NCBI GenBank assembly: GCA_902592345.1
Contig: CACJEE010000002.1
Span: 37,749-101,748 of the forward strand
Reading direction: 5' to 3'
Length of the DNA: 64,000 nt
Source of the DNA: an uncultured Alphaproteobacteria bacterium
GTDB taxonomy: Bacteria; Pseudomonadota; Alphaproteobacteria; HIMB59; GCA-002718135
In this document: piece by piece, positions 24,075 to 34,068 of the stretch
Numbering within the stretch: the stretch's first letter is position 1
Layout of the letters: each line of letters starts with the position of its first letter
Made by a program: the position numbers and the translations under genes
Notes under the pieces: generated by a model
What the model was told of the DNA's origin: nothing
Database searches by the model: none
The model's input: the letters and a program-made list of their open reading frames with translations, nothing else

Positions 24075-24999
24075 TAATGATTTTTCTTACGACTTCGTGT
24101 CTGATAACATCTCTTTGATCTAATTCAATAAAACCTATATCATCAATATTTTTAAGTTTTATTGAAGCTTCTATTAAACCTGATTCATTTTTTGATATTA
24201 AATCAATTTGAGTATTGTCTCCAACAACAACCATTTTACTATTTTTGCCAAGTCTTGTAAGGAACATTTTCATTTGAATTTTAGTAGTATTTTGTGCTTC
24301 ATCCAAGATAATGTAACAGTCTTCTAAGGTTCTTCCGCGCATAAAAGCTATTGGGGCAATTTCTATTGTATTGTTTGCTATTTTTTTTTCCACTTGATCA
24401 TAGGGCATCATTTCATAAAGAGCATCATAAATTGGCCTTAGAAAAGGATCAACTTTCTCCTTCAAGTCTCCTGGTAAAAAACCAAGTTTTTCTCCTGCTT
24501 CTACAGCTGGCCTTGATAAAATAATTTTTTTTACAAGTCCTTGTTGCAGTGACGCAACTGCTTTGGCCACTGCTAGAAAAGTCTTACCTGTACCGGCTGG
24601 ACCATAAGCAAAAACAATATCTTTTGAATTAAGCAATTGAAAATAATTTTTTTGATTTTGAGAACGAGGCATTATTTTTCTTTTTTTTGTTTGAAAGAAA
24701 AGATTCATATTTTCCTCTGGATCTATTTCTAATATTTTCATACTTCTAGTTTCCATAATTTTATCTTCATCAATATAAAGACCTTTTTTTGCTTGTTCAA
24801 ATAATAATAAAATTTCTTCTCTTGTATCTTTAATAGATGATTTCGTTCCAATAATTTTTATTTTATTACCTCTATATTTAATTTGTACATTGTTAATTTT
24901 TTCTAATATTTGAATATTTTTATCATTTACTCCAAAAAGATTTGGAAGATAATTATTATCACTTAACTCAATATCTAAAGAATAATTTAAATCACTCAA
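24046..24999 (-). CDS. phoH: PhoH-like ATPase (YbeZ)
   Basis: Walker A GPAGTGKTFLA, Walker B ILDEAQN. Confidence 0.92.
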   Translation of the reverse strand: MSDLNYSLDIELSDNNYLPNLFGVNDKNIQILEKINNVQIKYRGNKIKIIGTKSSIKDTREEILLLFEQAKKGLYIDEDKIMETRSMKILEIDPEENMNLFFQTKKRKIMPRSQNQKNYFQLLNSKDIVFAYGPAGTGKTFLAVAKAVASLQQGLVKKIILSRPAVEAGEKLGFLPGDLKEKVDPFLRPIYDALYEMMPYDQVEKKIANNTIEIAPIAFMRGRTLEDCYIILDEAQNTTKIQMKMFLTRLGKNSKMVVVGDNTQIDLISKNESGLIEASIKLKNIDDIGFIELDQRDVIRHEVVRKIINAYEDKNSN

Positions 25000-26303
25000 A
25001 TTGAACTCTCTAAGGCAAAATCAGTAGAATTTAATATTTTTACATTCTTAATTGTATTAATTAGATTATTGTCACTTTTAGCAAAAACACTCTGATTATA
25101 TATCGATCTACCAATATACTGATTTTGATGTCTCCCTTTTTTTTCAAATAATATTTCCATGTTTGTTCCTATAAAAGACTTATTATAATTTTTTTGTTGT
25201 TCTTTCAAAAGTGATTGTAATGCACTTAATCTTGCTTTTTTATCTGCTAGTGTGACATTATCTTTTTTTTGTGCAGGAGTACCAGGCCTTTGACTGTACA
25301 TAAAAGAATAGGCAATGACAAACTCAACATCATTTACAAATTTCATCGTCTCTTCAAAATCTTTATCTGTTTCATTTGGATACCCTACAATAAAATCAGA
25401 TGAAAGAGCTATATCAGATCGTTCCTCCCTAAGCTTCTCAACAATCTTTCTATAAAAATCAACTGTATGTTTTCTATTCATATCTTTTAAAACTTTATCT
25501 GAACCTGATTGTATAGGAAGATGTAAAAAAGGCATTAGTTTCGTATTTGTTTTATGAGTTTCAATAAGTGAATCAGTCATATCTATAGGATGCGAAGTCA
25601 TGTATCTAATTCTTGAGAGTTTTTCAATTTCACTCACTTTATTAACTAAATATGCTAAATCTTTTGATTTACCATCTTCACCTATCCCATGATATGCATT
25701 TACATTTTGACCTAAAAAAATAATTTCTTTTACACCTTGATTTACATATTTTTCAATTTCAATTAAAATATCACTTACTGGTCGAGAAAATTCTGGCCCT
25801 CTAGTGTAAGGAACAACACAAAATGAGCAGAACTTATCACACCCTTCTTGAATTGAAACAAATTCTGAAACCCCTCCTGAGGAATTGTATAATAAATTTT
25901 TAAATTTCTCATTTTGAGTAAATTCATCACTTACAATACGATCACTTGTATCTAACATGTCTGGCAAGTTATGGTATGATTGAGGCCCAACAACAAAATC
26001 AACTGATGGCGCTCTTTTTTTTATTTCTTTTCCTTCTGCTTGGGCTACACACCCTGCAACAACTAATTTAAAATTATCTTTCGATTCGTTTTTTTTTATT
26101 TTATTTATTCTACCAATATCTGAATAAACTTTTTCAGCAGCTTTCTCTCTAATATGACAAGTATTCAAGACAACCAAATTAGCATCTTTAGGATCTTCTG
26201 CTATTTCATATTCTTTGTTTCTAAATAAATCTAAAATTCTATTAGAATCATAAACATTCATTTGACAGCCATAAGACTTAATATAAATTTTATTTTTTTT
26301 CAT
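24996..26303 (-). CDS. miaB: tRNA-2-methylthio-N6-dimethylallyladenosine synthase
   Basis: N-terminal GCQMN, radical-SAM CDKFCSFC, C-terminal TRAM domain. Confidence 0.93.
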   Translation of the reverse strand: MKKNKIYIKSYGCQMNVYDSNRILDLFRNKEYEIAEDPKDANLVVLNTCHIREKAAEKVYSDIGRINKIKKNESKDNFKLVVAGCVAQAEGKEIKKRAPSVDFVVGPQSYHNLPDMLDTSDRIVSDEFTQNEKFKNLLYNSSGGVSEFVSIQEGCDKFCSFCVVPYTRGPEFSRPVSDILIEIEKYVNQGVKEIIFLGQNVNAYHGIGEDGKSKDLAYLVNKVSEIEKLSRIRYMTSHPIDMTDSLIETHKTNTKLMPFLHLPIQSGSDKVLKDMNRKHTVDFYRKIVEKLREERSDIALSSDFIVGYPNETDKDFEETMKFVNDVEFVIAYSFMYSQRPGTPAQKKDNVTLADKKARLSALQSLLKEQQKNYNKSFIGTNMEILFEKKGRHQNQYIGRSIYNQSVFAKSDNNLINTIKNVKILNSTDFALESSI

Positions 26304-26305
26304 TC

Positions 26306-26776
26306 CTAATAAGTTTTGCTCATTGCAAAAGCATCAATTTTCTTATTATTGATAAGAAAATAATTTTTTCTTGTATAAATAGTTTTAAATTTCATTCTTG
26401 TATAAAATGCAATTCCTTCTGAATTATTTTTTGAAACTTCTAGATAAATTTTTTTCAAATGACTGTTATTTTCTTTAATTTTACTTATTAGTTGTGTGCC
26501 TAAACCTTTTTTTCGAAAATGCTTACTAACATATATTAGTAATATCTCATATTCTGCTATTTTTTCAATATTAAATAAATTCCCTATTATAAAAGAAATT
26601 AGAGTTTCATTGTAAAATGCTCCAAATGATAGGTTTGTATCTTTGTTAAATTGATTAATAATCTGATTTGAAGACCATCCCATATTTAAAAAATTTTCAT
26701 AGTTTTTTCCTTCATTGAAAATAAGATTATTAAAATGATTACTATCGTTATTAGTTAGTTGTTGATAATTTATCAA
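26306..26776 (-). CDS. rimI: GNAT acetyltransferase, RimI-like
   Basis: GNAT motif A RKKGLGTQL. Downstream of tsaB, as is usual for rimI. Confidence 0.7.
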   Translation of the reverse strand: MINYQQLTNNDSNHFNNLIFNEGKNYENFLNMGWSSNQIINQFNKDTNLSFGAFYNETLISFIIGNLFNIEKIAEYEILLIYVSKHFRKKGLGTQLISKIKENNSHLKKIYLEVSKNNSEGIAFYTRMKFKTIYTRKNYFLINNKKIDAFAMSKTY

Positions 26777-27378
26777 TTGAGTATGCTATTATTTGAAATG
26801 TAAATAGGTTTAATAATTAAGTTTTTATTAAATTCCAATTTCTCCAAGTTTTCTAATACATGCATTTTAATTGAAAACATTTTAGACTTAATTTTGTTAT
26901 CTGTAAATTTAGGTAAGCCAAGATTATAAAAAATATAAGAAATTAATTCAGGAATTACAAAGTTTTGGTTCTCAATCTTTACATTAATATATTCTGAATT
27001 TTTTTGGTATAAGAAAAATTTTTGGTTATTTGAAGACTCGAAATATATTCCTATTTGCTTATTATTATCAGATAGATACTTATAAATAGTTTTAGTAGAT
27101 ATAACGGCGACTGGCAAATCCATTGACTGACTTAAACCTGCTATAAAAGATGCTCCAACTCTTAATGCAGTATATGAGCCAGGGCCTATAGTAATAATTA
27201 ATTTTTTTAATTTTTTTGACAGATTATAATCATTATCTATCTGCAGGTATGTGGGAATTAGTAAGTCACTGAGTTTTTGATCAGTTTTATTTGTTATTTT
27301 AATGGAATCTATAATTTTTTTATCATTAATTAAGTGAAATTCTGATATTGGTGAAGCTACATCTAAAAAAAGGAACAT
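26773..27378 (-). CDS. tsaB: tRNA t6A biosynthesis protein TsaB
   Basis: GPGSYTALRVGASFIAGL motif, 201 aa. Confidence 0.85.
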   Translation of the reverse strand: MFLFLDVASPISEFHLINDKKIIDSIKITNKTDQKLSDLLIPTYLQIDNDYNLSKKLKKLIITIGPGSYTALRVGASFIAGLSQSMDLPVAVISTKTIYKYLSDNNKQIGIYFESSNNQKFFLYQKNSEYINVKIENQNFVIPELISYIFYNLGLPKFTDNKIKSKMFSIKMHVLENLEKLEFNKNLIIKPIYISNNSILN

Positions 27379-27381
27379 CGA

Positions 27382-28395
27382 ATGTTTATTTTAAAAATAT
27401 TATTTATTTTTTTTATATCTTTAAACATATCTTCTTCCTATGCAAGTAACATTAAAAATTCAGCAGTTGTGTTTATGTATCATAAATTTGGAGTTTCTAA
27501 ATATCCTTCTACTAGTGTTACAATAGATCAATTCGATGCCCACTTAAAAGAATTTTCAAAAAAAAAATATTCGATAAAGTCGGTTGAATTTATAATGGAT
27601 ACAATAATTAATGATGGTAATCTTCCTGATAATACTATTGGAATTAGTGTAGATGATGCAGATAGATCATTTTATGAAGTAGGTTGGCCTAAATTAAAAG
27701 ATAGAGGTTTTCCTGTTACACTTTTTGTTAATACATCAACAATTCATGAAAATAATAAAAATTACTTAAATTGGAATCAAATTAGAGAACTTAGAGATGA
27801 GGGGGTATCAATAGGTGCTCACTCTCATAGTCATTATCATATGTCTGATTTATCGATTGATGAAGTACGAAATGAAATAGAAATTTCAAATAATATTTTC
27901 CTTAATGAGTTAGGTGATATACCTCCTCTTTTTGCTTTTCCTTATGGTGAAGCAAATGAAGAAATTATAAATTTGTTAAAAGAATATAAATATAAGGTTG
28001 CTTTTGGTCAGCACTCTGGTGTTATAAACGAAACATCAAATCTATATTATTTACCTAGATTTTCTCTCAATCAAAGATATGGGGAAATTGATCGTGTAAA
28101 ATTTGCAGCTAATGCAAAAGGATTGGGTATTTATGATTTTATACCAACTGATCCTAGTATTAAAGATAATCCACCTTTCATTGGTTTTTCATTACTTGAT
28201 GAAAAATTAGCTCCTTCTCTTGATTGTTTTATTTTTGACAGTAAGGGTCAAGTGGAAAAGGAAATATTCAAATTTAATGAAAGAATAGAAATTAGGCTCC
28301 AAAGAAAATTAACCAAAGGTCGATCAAGAGTAAATTGTACAGCTAAAGGTAAAGATGGTTTCTGGCGCTGGTTTGGACACCAGTTTTATTTATGA
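27382..28395 (+). CDS. Secreted polysaccharide deacetylase (NodB homology)
   Basis: Signal peptide, ISVDDADRSF, GAHSHSHYH. Confidence 0.8.
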   Translation: MFILKILFIFFISLNISSSYASNIKNSAVVFMYHKFGVSKYPSTSVTIDQFDAHLKEFSKKKYSIKSVEFIMDTIINDGNLPDNTIGISVDDADRSFYEVGWPKLKDRGFPVTLFVNTSTIHENNKNYLNWNQIRELRDEGVSIGAHSHSHYHMSDLSIDEVRNEIEISNNIFLNELGDIPPLFAFPYGEANEEIINLLKEYKYKVAFGQHSGVINETSNLYYLPRFSLNQRYGEIDRVKFAANAKGLGIYDFIPTDPSIKDNPPFIGFSLLDEKLAPSLDCFIFDSKGQVEKEIFKFNERIEIRLQRKLTKGRSRVNCTAKGKDGFWRWFGHQFYL

Positions 28396-29403
28396 GTTAT
28401 TTATTGAGTAATTAAACGAATCAAATTTATTAAACTGATTAGCATCAATTATTGAATTAATTGTTTTAATATAATTTACATCAGCAGCATATGAGTCGAG
28501 TTCTTCAATCAATAACTTTAAATTACTAAAGTTATTTTTCTCTCTCATAATCTTTCTCACTTCCCTGAAATCTTTATAAGCATAGTGAGAATTAAGGTTA
28601 TTAAAGTATGATTGAACACTTTTATTTACTGAGTCAAATGATTTAACTAGATGTTTTTCTCCCTCTTCTCTTAAAAGAGGGACAACTCCATCAGAAAAAT
28701 CATAGGTATATTCTCCAAATAGAGCATTAAATTCTCTTGCAAATCTAGAGGTTCCCCAACCACTTTCATTTGCAGCTTGAGCAAGTACGATAGAATTTGG
28801 AATAACATCAACGCGGTATAACAATTCATTTACTAAATCATATTTGTGCCTATCATTAGTTTTTATTCTATATTTTTTTGAAATTTTGTATAAAAAATCC
28901 AAGTCAGCTTTTGATAAAGTATTATTATTATCCAAAAAAATTTTCATATTTTCTAACTTAGATCTTTCTAATAAAATATTTTGATTTTCATATGAAATTA
29001 AAGGAAGTAGAGTTTTTACAAAATCTTTTTTAGATTTAGAAAGATAATCTAAATCAATTTCATTTATATTGAGGTTTGCAATGTTAAAATTTGGCTTTTC
29101 ATTTATAAATTCTATTATATTTGGATTTATTGGCTTCTTTTTTATAGAAACTATAAATTTGTTTTTTAAGTTAATATTATTTTTTTCATCAAAAATTTTC
29201 TTTTGTGAATATAACCTATTAACTGTGTATGAATCATAAGTACTGCAGTAATTTAAAACATAGTCATCAAGTATTGATTTAACTTCGTATACAATATTTA
29301 TTTTTTCACCTTTATTATTATTCTCAAAAGCAATAGATGTTATTGATATTATTAAGAGTAAACAGCCACTTATAGTGCTTAAACCTAAAAGCTTATGCAT
29401 CAA
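28390..29403 (-). CDS. Glucosaminidase-domain protein (Bax/FlgJ-like muramidase)
   Basis: N-terminal TM/signal, LAQAANESGWGTSRFAREFNALFG glucosaminidase motif. Confidence 0.75.
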   Translation of the reverse strand: MMHKLLGLSTISGCLLLIISITSIAFENNNKGEKINIVYEVKSILDDYVLNYCSTYDSYTVNRLYSQKKIFDEKNNINLKNKFIVSIKKKPINPNIIEFINEKPNFNIANLNINEIDLDYLSKSKKDFVKTLLPLISYENQNILLERSKLENMKIFLDNNNTLSKADLDFLYKISKKYRIKTNDRHKYDLVNELLYRVDVIPNSIVLAQAANESGWGTSRFAREFNALFGEYTYDFSDGVVPLLREEGEKHLVKSFDSVNKSVQSYFNNLNSHYAYKDFREVRKIMREKNNFSNLKLLIEELDSYAADVNYIKTINSIIDANQFNKFDSFNYSINNS

Positions 29404-29959
29404 CTGGCCTTACTTCTTGAACTTCAGGAATATAATGCTTTAACATATTTTCTATTCCCATTTTAAGAGTAGCAGTCGAACTAGGACACCCTGAGCATGC
29501 TCCTTGCATTTTTAAATATACTACACCATCTGCGAAATCATCATAAATAATGTCTCCTCCATCCATAGCTACAGCTGGTCGGACTCTTGTATCAAGAAGC
29601 TCCTTTATTTGCTTAACAATGTCAGAGTCATCCTCATTTGTTTGAAGACTTTTTTTCGCTTCTTTCTCGTCTTCTTTTTCAACTGTTTTATCTTCAGAGT
29701 TAAAGTGATCAATAATACCTCCTAAGACAGTAGGTTTCATAACCTGCCACTCGTATGCATCACTTTTGGTTATTGTGATGAAATCACTACCAAAAAATAC
29801 TCCTGAAACCCCTTCTATTGCAAACAATCTTCTTGCAAATGGAGAATCCCCAGCTTCATCAATATTTTGATAAAAGGCTGTTCCTTCTTCCATAACCACT
29901 TTCCCAGGTAAAAATTTGAGAGTTTGGGGGTTTGGTGTTTGTTCAGTTTGTATAAACAT
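29393..29959 (-). CDS. Nfu/NifU-like Fe-S cluster scaffold/carrier
   Basis: Nfu_N start MFIQTEQTPNPQTLKFLPG plus C-terminal NifU CxxC (GACSGCPSS). Confidence 0.85.
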   Translation of the reverse strand: MFIQTEQTPNPQTLKFLPGKVVMEEGTAFYQNIDEAGDSPFARRLFAIEGVSGVFFGSDFITITKSDAYEWQVMKPTVLGGIIDHFNSEDKTVEKEDEKEAKKSLQTNEDDSDIVKQIKELLDTRVRPAVAMDGGDIIYDDFADGVVYLKMQGACSGCPSSTATLKMGIENMLKHYIPEVQEVRPVDA

Positions 29960-30030
29960 ATTGTCCTTATATAGTTATTAATATGACTTTCGTATGAAAA
30001 TTGATTAAAAAAATTCAAAAATTTGGGATA

Positions 30031-31041
30031 TTATTGGCTAAAAAAGCCAATTATTTCATAAATTTTTGATAATACTGGATTTGCAATGTTAATAGCGCGA
30101 TCTTTACCGTTACTAATTATTGTGTCTAAATATTTCTCATCTTTCATTAACTTATTCATCTCCAAAGAAATAGGGGATAATTTAGAGGATGCAAGTTCTC
30201 CTAAATCTTTTTTAAATTGAGAAAATTCTTTTCCTGCATAATTATCAACTACATCTTTTACATCTAAATCATTTAAAGCAGCATAAATAGTTAAAAGGTT
30301 AATAGCCTCAGGTCTTTTTTTAGCTTCTTCTATATTTTCAGGCAAAGGTAGTGGATCTGTTTTTGCTTTTTTTATTTTTTTTACAATCTCCTCTTCACTA
30401 TCAGATAACATAATTCTAGAATAATCTGATGGATCTGATTTACTCATTTTTTTTAAACCATCACGTAAACTCATTACTCTAGTTGCTTCACCTAAAATGA
30501 GAGGTTCAGGGATAGGAAATATATCTGTGTTAAAATCACTATTAAATTTTTGTGCAATGTCTCTTGTTAATTCTAAGTGCTGTTTTTGATCTTCACCGAC
30601 AGGAACATGTGTAGCTAAATATATTAAAATATCTGCTGCCATTAAGGTTGGGTAAGAAAATAATCCCACCGATACATTTTCACTATTCTTACCAGCTTTA
30701 TCTTTAAATTGTGTCATGCGGTTAAGCCATCCCATACGTGCAACACAATTAAAGATCCATGCTAATTGTGCGTGTTGTGGAACTTGCGACTGTACAAATA
30801 ATGTATTTTTTTCTGGATCAATACCAGAGGCAATAAATGCTGCTGCTACCTCTCTTGTTTTTTGTTTCAATAGTTTTGGATCTTGCCAAACTGTAATAGC
30901 ATGTAGGTCAACAACACAGAAAAAACATTCAAATTCTTTTTGAAGAGATACAAAGTTTTTAATTGCACCCAGATAATTGCCTAGATGCAAATCACCGGAA
31001 GGTTGAACACCTGATAAAATTCTTTTGGTAACTTTGTCCAT
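30031..31041 (-). CDS. trpS: Tryptophan-tRNA ligase
   Basis: Class I motifs GDLHLGNY and KMSKS, 336 aa. Confidence 0.95.
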   Translation of the reverse strand: MDKVTKRILSGVQPSGDLHLGNYLGAIKNFVSLQKEFECFFCVVDLHAITVWQDPKLLKQKTREVAAAFIASGIDPEKNTLFVQSQVPQHAQLAWIFNCVARMGWLNRMTQFKDKAGKNSENVSVGLFSYPTLMAADILIYLATHVPVGEDQKQHLELTRDIAQKFNSDFNTDIFPIPEPLILGEATRVMSLRDGLKKMSKSDPSDYSRIMLSDSEEEIVKKIKKAKTDPLPLPENIEEAKKRPEAINLLTIYAALNDLDVKDVVDNYAGKEFSQFKKDLGELASSKLSPISLEMNKLMKDEKYLDTIISNGKDRAINIANPVLSKIYEIIGFFSQ

Positions 31042-31042
31042 A

Positions 31043-32590
31043 TTATTTTTTCAAATAGTTTTTAATATCAGTAATTGTTATGATTTTTAATATAAATATT
31101 ATTATCCCATAAATTACTGCAGTGATAATAATAGTAAGCACCAAATAGAATATATTATTTAGAATATCCACTGAATATAATTGAGCAAAAAAGAAAATTT
31201 CTAAATACCGGATAGTAAAAACAAGTATAATTAAGGATAGTAGTAATTTGAGTATATTGGTTAAAAAATGACCATCCAAATCTATGCTTTGTCTACCGAT
31301 CAGTATAATAAAAAGTAAAAGAGCGTTTACCCAAGCACTAATGGCTGTTGCCAAGGCTATTCCCATCTCTCTCATTGTGCTTATTAATGCAAGGGATAAA
31401 ACAATATTGGTAATCACACTGATGATTGAAATATACAAGGGAGTTTTTGTATCTTCTCTCGCAAAAAAACAAACAATCAAAACTTTAATCAGTACATATG
31501 CTGGAAGACCAAGAGCAAAATATCCAAGAACATTAGAGGTATAAAGAGTATCTTCTTTGGTAAAGGCACCCCTCTCAAATAAGATATGAACAATAGGTAA
31601 GGATAAAATATATAAACCAATAGCGGATGGGATAGATATTAATAATGCAAATTCCAAAGATCTATTTTGTAATTTCTTTGTCATCTCATTATTATCTGAC
31701 TTAATAGCTTTTGATAAACCCGGTAATAAAACTATACCAAGGGCAATACCAAATATTGCCAAAGGTAATTGATTCAAACGATCTGCATAATACAAATGAC
31801 TTATTGCTCCAATAGGAAGAAAAGAGGCAATGATTGTTCCGATAATAATATTTAATTGGATAACTCCGGACCCAATAACTCCTGGAATAAATAATCTAAA
31901 AAATTTTCGTAACCTCTCATTCAACTCTGGAAATTTTAATTTAGGTTTATAAAAAGATAAAGTTGATCGGTACAAAAATAAAAACTGTCCAATTCCTCCT
32001 ATTAAAACACCGATCGACAGAGCATGACCAGCAGAACTTACATACGGTGTAATAATATAAAGAGAGAGAATAAAACTGATATTTAAAATAGCAGGAGCAA
32101 AAGCACCTGCAGCAAATCGTTCATGCACATTGAGGATTGAAGTAAAGTGTGCAGCTAAGGAAATAAAAATTAAATATGGAAAAATTATTTTCCCAAAATA
32201 GACAGCTAAATCAAAAGCTTCACTATTTATAGGAAAACCTGGTGCCAGTATTTGTATAATATAGGGCATCCCAAAAAAGAAAATGATAGTTAAACCCACC
32301 GTAACAAAAAGTAATAATGACATGGTGTTCTCCACAAAATCCGCTGCTTCATGATCATCTTTAGAATCAATCACAATGCCTGAGAAAACAGGGACTAGTG
32401 CAGCGCTATAAGCACCTTCTGCCAAAACACGCCGAAAGAAATTAGGAATACGAAAAGCTACAAAGAACGCATCTGCTGTTACGGTCGATCCAAGAAAACG
32501 TGCAATTAATATGTCACGAACAAAGCCTAAAATCCTACTAAGGAGCGTATAAAAACTAACAGTAAAAAATGACCTAAAGAGTGACTGCAT
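31043..32590 (-). CDS. murJ: Lipid II flippase MurJ (MviN)
   Basis: 515 aa polytopic protein, N-terminal [19 protein letters not shown]. Confidence 0.9.
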   Translation of the reverse strand: MQSLFRSFFTVSFYTLLSRILGFVRDILIARFLGSTVTADAFFVAFRIPNFFRRVLAEGAYSAALVPVFSGIVIDSKDDHEAADFVENTMSLLLFVTVGLTIIFFFGMPYIIQILAPGFPINSEAFDLAVYFGKIIFPYLIFISLAAHFTSILNVHERFAAGAFAPAILNISFILSLYIITPYVSSAGHALSIGVLIGGIGQFLFLYRSTLSFYKPKLKFPELNERLRKFFRLFIPGVIGSGVIQLNIIIGTIIASFLPIGAISHLYYADRLNQLPLAIFGIALGIVLLPGLSKAIKSDNNEMTKKLQNRSLEFALLISIPSAIGLYILSLPIVHILFERGAFTKEDTLYTSNVLGYFALGLPAYVLIKVLIVCFFAREDTKTPLYISIISVITNIVLSLALISTMREMGIALATAISAWVNALLLFIILIGRQSIDLDGHFLTNILKLLLSLIILVFTIRYLEIFFFAQLYSVDILNNIFYLVLTIIITAVIYGIIIFILKIITITDIKNYLKK

Positions 32591-32735
32591 TATCTAATTT
32601 TATATTGTGATGAGTGATTTGTATAAATTTTATTTGTGTCCCAATTTAGTTGAAAAGCACTAAATCTATTGTTTTTTTATAATCTCATTCAAATATATCC
32701 TTGAAAATATAGATTTGATTAGTATTAAGAATGTT

Positions 32736-32819
32736 ATGAAAAATGAAAATCCTAACCCACCTAAGTGTGGCTGTAGCTGTAGCTGTTGTTGTACTTGTGA
32801 AGGTGGAGGGTGTTGTTAG
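32736..32819 (+). CDS. Candidate 27-aa cysteine-rich microprotein (metallothionein-like): MKNENPNPPKCGCSCSCCCTCEGGGCC
   Basis: ATG..TAG ORF translated by hand, below the ORF-track cutoff. 9 Cys, all TGT. G+C-rich patch inside an AT-rich spacer. The stop codon lies inside a hairpin. No strong SD. Confidence 0.4.
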   Translation: MKNENPNPPKCGCSCSCCCTCEGGGCC

Positions 32820-32841
32820 ATTAACACCCTAAAGTTCCACC
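32802..32841. terminator. Two-tier hairpin shared by the convergent micro-ORF and znuA
   Basis: GGTGGA-GGGTGTT-(8 nt loop)-AACACCC-taaagt-TCCACC. A T-rich tail is present on the + strand only. Confidence 0.5.
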
Positions 32842-32859
32842 TTCTTAAATTATTTAATA

Positions 32860-34029
32860 TTAACAACCTTTAAGTTCATTACCTAAATTACTTATCAATT
32901 TAAAGTAAAGATCTTTATCAGAATTAATATTTGCTCCAAGAGGATCAAAGACACCCGTTTTGATATTAGTGTCCTCTGCAATTGTTGAAATAATCTTTGG
33001 ATTAAATTGAGGTTCAGAGAAAATACAATTAATTCCCCTGTCTTTAATTACATCCTGAATTTCATCAATTTGTTTAGCCCCAGGTAAAACATCAGTATTT
33101 AATGTTAACGCTCCTGCTGCCCTGACACCAAAACGCTCTTCAAAATATTGATACGCATCATGGAACACAACAAATTTTGCGTCCTTATTAATATCTTTAC
33201 TGACATCTTTAATCAGTTGATCAAGTGCAATAATTGTTGCCTCAGCATTAGCTTCATATTTATCCTTATTCGCGGGATCTAAATCACCTAATTCGTGAGC
33301 AATTTCGTGAACCATTTCTTTGGCATTACTTGGATCTAACCATATGTGAGCATCAAACTCTCCATGGTTATGGCCTTCATGTCCAGCATGATCATCGTGA
33401 TCGTCGTGGTCGTCATGGTCTGCGTGATCATCGTGATCATCGTGATCTTCATCATGGTCTTCATCGTGATCATCATGGTCGTCGTGATCATCGTGATCGT
33501 CGTGATCGTCGTGATCATCATGGTCATCATGGTCATCATGATCGTCGTGATCTTCATCATGGTCATCGTGATCGTCGTGGTCGTCATGGTCATCATGGTC
33601 ATCATGGTCATCACCATGGTCATCGTGATCGTCATGATCATCATGGTCACCATAGATACTTTCTTCTCTAAATTTTAACTTTTCAATGCTGTCAACTTCC
33701 ATAAACTCAACAACTTCAGCATTTTTAACAATGGACTCAAGAGGTCTTTCCATAAAAGTTTCAATGCCTTCACCAACCCAAAATATAATATCAGCTTCTT
33801 CAAGAAGTTTTGCATGAGAAGGTTTTAACGTAAAGCTATGTGGAGATGTACTGCCTTCAATTATTAATGACGGTTCACCAACACCATCCATAACATTCGC
33901 AATTAATGAATGTAGAGGTTTTATAGTGGTAACAACTTTTATTTCTGCTCGTACAGGCGCTGTAGCAATAAGCAAAAAAGAGAAAATTGTTACTTTTAAT
34001 AAGTTTAGTAGATAATTATTCTGTTTCAT
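32860..34029 (-). CDS. znuA: Zinc ABC transporter substrate-binding protein ZnuA with giant His/Asp loop
   Basis: Cluster A-I SBP. Signal peptide MKQNNYLLNLLKVTIFSFLLIATAPVRA. Start set at ATG 34029, because the longer track ORF would cover the Zur box. Confidence 0.9.
   Translation of the reverse strand: MKQNNYLLNLLKVTIFSFLLIATAPVRAEIKVVTTIKPLHSLIANVMDGVGEPSLIIEGSTSPHSFTLKPSHAKLLEEADIIFWVGEGIETFMERPLESIVKNAEVVEFMEVDSIEKLKFREESIYGDHDDHDDHDDHGDDHDDHDDHDDHDDHDDHDEDHDDHDDHDDHDDHDDHDDHDDHDDHDDHDEDHDEDHDDHDDHADHDDHDDHDDHAGHEGHNHGEFDAHIWLDPSNAKEMVHEIAHELGDLDPANKDKYEANAEATIIALDQLIKDVSKDINKDAKFVVFHDAYQYFEERFGVRAAGALTLNTDVLPGAKQIDEIQDVIKDRGINCIFSEPQFNPKIISTIAEDTNIKTGVFDPLGANINSDKDLYFKLISNLGNELKGC
33358..33650 (-). 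repeat. Coding low-complexity repeat: ~100 residues of (D-D-H)n in ZnuA
   Basis: Imperfect 9-bp periodic gat/gac-cat/cac DNA. Translation GDHDDHDDHDDHGDDHDDH...DDHAGHEGHNHGE. Confidence 0.9.
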
Positions 34030-34068
34030 ATTATTTCTTTTCAGATATAGGTTTGTTAAATTAAAAAG

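Noticed and set aside
29815-30018. 67-aa ORF overlapping the 5' end of the nfu gene and the spacer before trpS
   Set aside because: It is an out-of-frame overlap with a well-supported gene on the same strand. It has no recognisable motifs and no RBS.
32736-32841. Cys-rich ORF as a classical leader-peptide attenuator of a downstream operon
   Set aside because: Nothing is encoded downstream on the + strand; the next feature is the convergent 3' end of znuA. Only the weaker antisense-regulation variant is retained as a low-interest idea.
33358-33650. The repeat region as a CRISPR-like or satellite array
   Set aside because: It has 9-bp coding periodicity inside an intact ORF, with no spacers, no cas genes and no leader.
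33330-33678. Three 105-113 aa ORFs (two on the + strand, one on the - strand in another frame) across the znuA His/Asp repeat
   Set aside because: These are alternate-frame or antisense readings of the 9-bp periodic (DDH)n coding repeat. They give monotonous H/R/D-, M/T/I- or V/I/M-rich translations and have no independent start context. The ZnuA frame is clearly the real one.
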